The notes under the pieces are model-generated. The model did not search any database, was not told the origin of the DNA, and worked only from the letters and a program-made list of their open reading frames with translations. The translations under genes and the position numbers were made by a program. Shown here in pieces: positions 62,901 to 64,000 of a DNA stretch of 64,000 nt. The first letter of the stretch is position 1. Each line of letters begins with the position of its first letter. The stretch is from Bispira polyomma (Eukaryota), in assembly GCA_965649765.1 (NCBI GenBank), contig OZ287755.1, positions 60,450,001-60,514,000 on the forward strand, given 5' to 3'.

Positions 62901-62956
62901 GGGCACTAGAGACTGCACAGAATATGCTGACTCAGCATTTTAACATTACCGTCTAA
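43083..62956 (+). CDS. L-amino-acid oxidase-like flavoprotein (achacin/aplysianin/escapin-like), 10 exons, 567 aa
   Basis: join(43083-43188,45838-45900,46978-47398,47746-47841,48471-48689,49356-49446,59498-59620,60022-60169,61635-61964,62850-62956) = 1704 nt with no internal stop. All introns GT-AG with matching phases. Motifs: VVGAGVSG (FAD Rossmann), EAQDRIGGR, VGAMRF, EGFQALS, FKMYLVYDRPWW, YWGAWH, VYVVGEAFS..Q.WVEGALETA. Confidence 0.9.
43404..44086 (+). repeat. 46-bp minisatellite (about 15 copies) in oxidase intron 1
   Basis: Unit gggtaaaccagagatatggaacctgggatctgacagctagtgtggt. Confidence 0.95.
45344..45585 (+). mobile_element. tRNA-derived SINE nested in an older SINE-like element (~45208-45720)
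   Basis: Perfect 14-bp TSD cattgggtcatgtc at 45330-45343 and 45586-45599. The host element has a degenerate A box gtgacctagtggctaa, a B box-like gggtgtattcc and a tail gatgctggttggctgttaagaaa. Confidence 0.9.
45838..45900 (+). CDS. Oxidase exon 2
   Basis: ttgcag|...|gtatag, 63 nt, phase 1-1, VVLTNKVKDDDHEQFKVTSLT. Confidence 0.7.
46978..47398 (+). CDS. Oxidase exon 3 (FAD-binding GxGxxG, RxGGR, GAMRF)
   Basis: ctaacag| acceptor, ORF 47019-47402, donor CA|gtaagt. Confidence 0.95.
47746..47841 (+). CDS. Oxidase exon 4
   Basis: accag|...GG|gtagga, phase 2-2, YWNNLVIANESKNLDDPYDKICTDGKKAYEKG. Confidence 0.85.
48471..48689 (+). CDS. Oxidase exon 5
   Basis: tttcag|...AG|gtgaga, in frame with ORF 48475-48693 (KEGFQALSLTM). 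Confidence 0.9.
49356..49446 (+). CDS. Oxidase exon 6
   Basis: ttgtag|...AAG|gtatgt, NQLFKQHELISVSHNGTLAFLKFINKGTSK. Confidence 0.85.
49955..51944 (-). mobile_element. 5'-truncated Tx1/L1 LINE (3' part of ORF2 with internal deletions, 3' UTR, A-rich tail)
   Basis: Starts at KAFDSVSWAFL, includes RQGDPIAPYLF and ORF 50260-51747 (LTPTGKITIIKTLILSKF, WFQYRILHRILGT). YADD and the zinc knuckle are deleted. aataaa plus an A run at ~49955-49975. Confidence 0.9.
52078..55905 (-). pseudogene. LINE ORF2 (apurinic endonuclease + reverse transcriptase + zf-RVT), broken by three or more lesions
   Basis: ORF track pieces 54757-55905, 53862-54773, 53166-53711 and 52078-53250. Confidence 0.93.
57410..58599 (-). 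pseudogene. LINE ORF1 (coiled coil + RRM + CTD) fused to a NADAR/YbiA (DUF1768) domain; frameshifted
   Basis: Coiled coil, then YQRRNNLRIAGV and FERIHRLG (L1 ORF1 RRM), CTD LFDDMPP...GDKLILNSKVY, then SKLSNHF, YSSMEKFLTCEKA, DPVQIKMLGREV and KFGQNEQL. After a 1-nt shift it continues FLKSTGETTLAEANPNDKVFGTG...WKGENKLGKALM. Confidence 0.88.
59498..59620 (+). CDS. Oxidase exon 7
   Basis: ttttcag|IVDVCAKEVILGLPVEALKRV...AVQQ|gtatga, phase 0-0. Confidence 0.9.
60022..60169 (+). CDS. Oxidase exon 8
   Basis: tatag|GPAFKMYLVYDRPWW...IQTDLQVGSILDL G|gtaaac. Confidence 0.9.
60747..61001 (+). mobile_element. tRNA-derived SINE
   Basis: A and B boxes, TSD tattctatgtct(c/t)a at 60733-60746 and 61002-61015, A-rich tail. 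Confidence 0.92.
61635..61964 (+). CDS. Oxidase exon 9
   Basis: ttgtag| then ORF 61637 (VLLVYGD...PYWGAWH...VLKPIDNK), donor G|gtaagt. Confidence 0.92.
62408..62720 (+). pseudogene. L2/CR1-type RT remnant in oxidase intron 9
   Basis: LDLLASFDTVDYMVLLQRL...FKWFISYLSEGSQKVSV...YCVSQG resembles LDLSAAFDTVDH...WFxSYLSxRxQ...GVPQG. Confidence 0.75.
62850..62956 (+). CDS. Oxidase exon 10 (terminal)
   Basis: ttccag|GVYVVGEAFSDVQVWVEGALETAQNMLTQHFNITV*. A possible ATTAAA poly(A) signal lies at ~62980. Confidence 0.92.
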
Positions 62957-64000
62957 TTATAACAGGTTTTAAAGAGGACATTAAAACTGATTTTAATGAT
63001 GTTGAGTTCCTTCTGTCGCTAGATTTTAAAATTGCACTATACTGTGATTATATAATGCTTTAAAATAAGTCTGTTGAAAGGCTAGATAAATAGAGAGTAG
63101 CTACAAGTAAGATTGTGAAGCCACAGATATTGTTGTGTTTTAGTGTATATAGTCAGACTTGTGTTGTGTGTTAGTGTATATAGCTAGATTTTCCTTGTTG
63201 TGAACTAAGTGACCCTATAGTTTCTGGGTGTTTTATGATGCAGTGTCCACCCAGTGTCAATTGACTGCGTGAGGGGGACAGCATCCGATGTCAGTTTCTA
63301 AGGACGGCTCACTCTTAAGTCCTGGTCGATTAGGTGTCACCCAAAAAGTTCAGCAAAAACATTCAGTGCCCTATTTGACCTTGAAGTGATGATAACTAAA
63401 TAAGAGAATAGCCTTGGGATAATTAGTTTATTCTATGTTAATCTACTTTATATACAGAACTGAAGACTAAGCCCACTGGGTTTAAGGTTGTCATAAGTGA
63501 CAGCTTAAACTGAGATTAAGAAAGTTTAAGTTAAGGTTACCCTAACGTGAGATTAAGTTTCCGAGTATAAGGTCATCTTAATTTAAGATGCCAAGATGAG
63601 TTTAAGGCCATCTTAACTTGAAGATGGTGTTTTAAGTTTAGATTAACCTTGAATAGAGTTTTTATTTTATTTGAATTTTGAGTTTGTGACACAGGAGGGC
63701 TTAGCCTTGATAACATGAGTATATTATTTTATGTATATTTTAAAGTAAAACAACACATTAATATAGTTAGAATAAAGCAGTAACATGAATAAAGTGTAAA
63801 AGAGTGTAAAGTAAAAAAGAAAATAAAAGCAACCCTGTTCTAGCTAAAAGACTAAAAATAAACTAAAAGCACATCTAGTTTAGAGTCCCGTGAAACCTTA
63901 TGTGATGTACCACTAACTTACTCAGCCTTACTTGCTAGCCTAATGCCAGCCCTTGTTACATTCGCAGAGGTTGCAAATCGAGTAAATCGAGTTACAATTT

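Noticed and set aside
63190-64000. Repeat-like segment with taaggttacc/ttaagatg motifs
   Set aside because: Only vaguely similar to the 15852 element, runs to the window edge, and boundaries are not definable.

Overview
AT-rich, intron-containing animal genomic DNA, probably from a lophotrochozoan such as a mollusc (inferred from the SINE type, the Ngaro elements and an aplysianin/achacin-like oxidase). One complete host gene could be reconstructed by hand: a 10-exon flavin L-amino-acid oxidase-like gene (+, 43083-62956, 567 aa, all junctions GT-AG and in phase) with an N-terminal hydrophobic anchor. The rest is largely nested mobile DNA. It includes two Ngaro/DIRS tyrosine-recombinase retrotransposons (one with the full A1..B1-A2..B2 split repeats) and two DIRS remnants. 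A 7-kb TA-flanked DD35D pogo-type transposon with a spliced transposase and a PHD finger sits in codon 7 of an Ngaro ORF1. There is also a Gypsy LTR/gag remnant, Tx1/L1 LINEs, tRNA-derived SINEs with TSDs, Harbinger-like and 9-bp-TSD MITEs, and minisatellites. Two observations stand out. (1) The Tx1/L1 element in intron 6 has an ORF1 fused to a NADAR/YbiA N-glycosidase domain. (2) The pogo transposon carries a spliceable two-exon cargo encoding a signal-peptide protein, and its first exon and adjacent intron are homologous to exon 1 of the oxidase gene 38 kb away.
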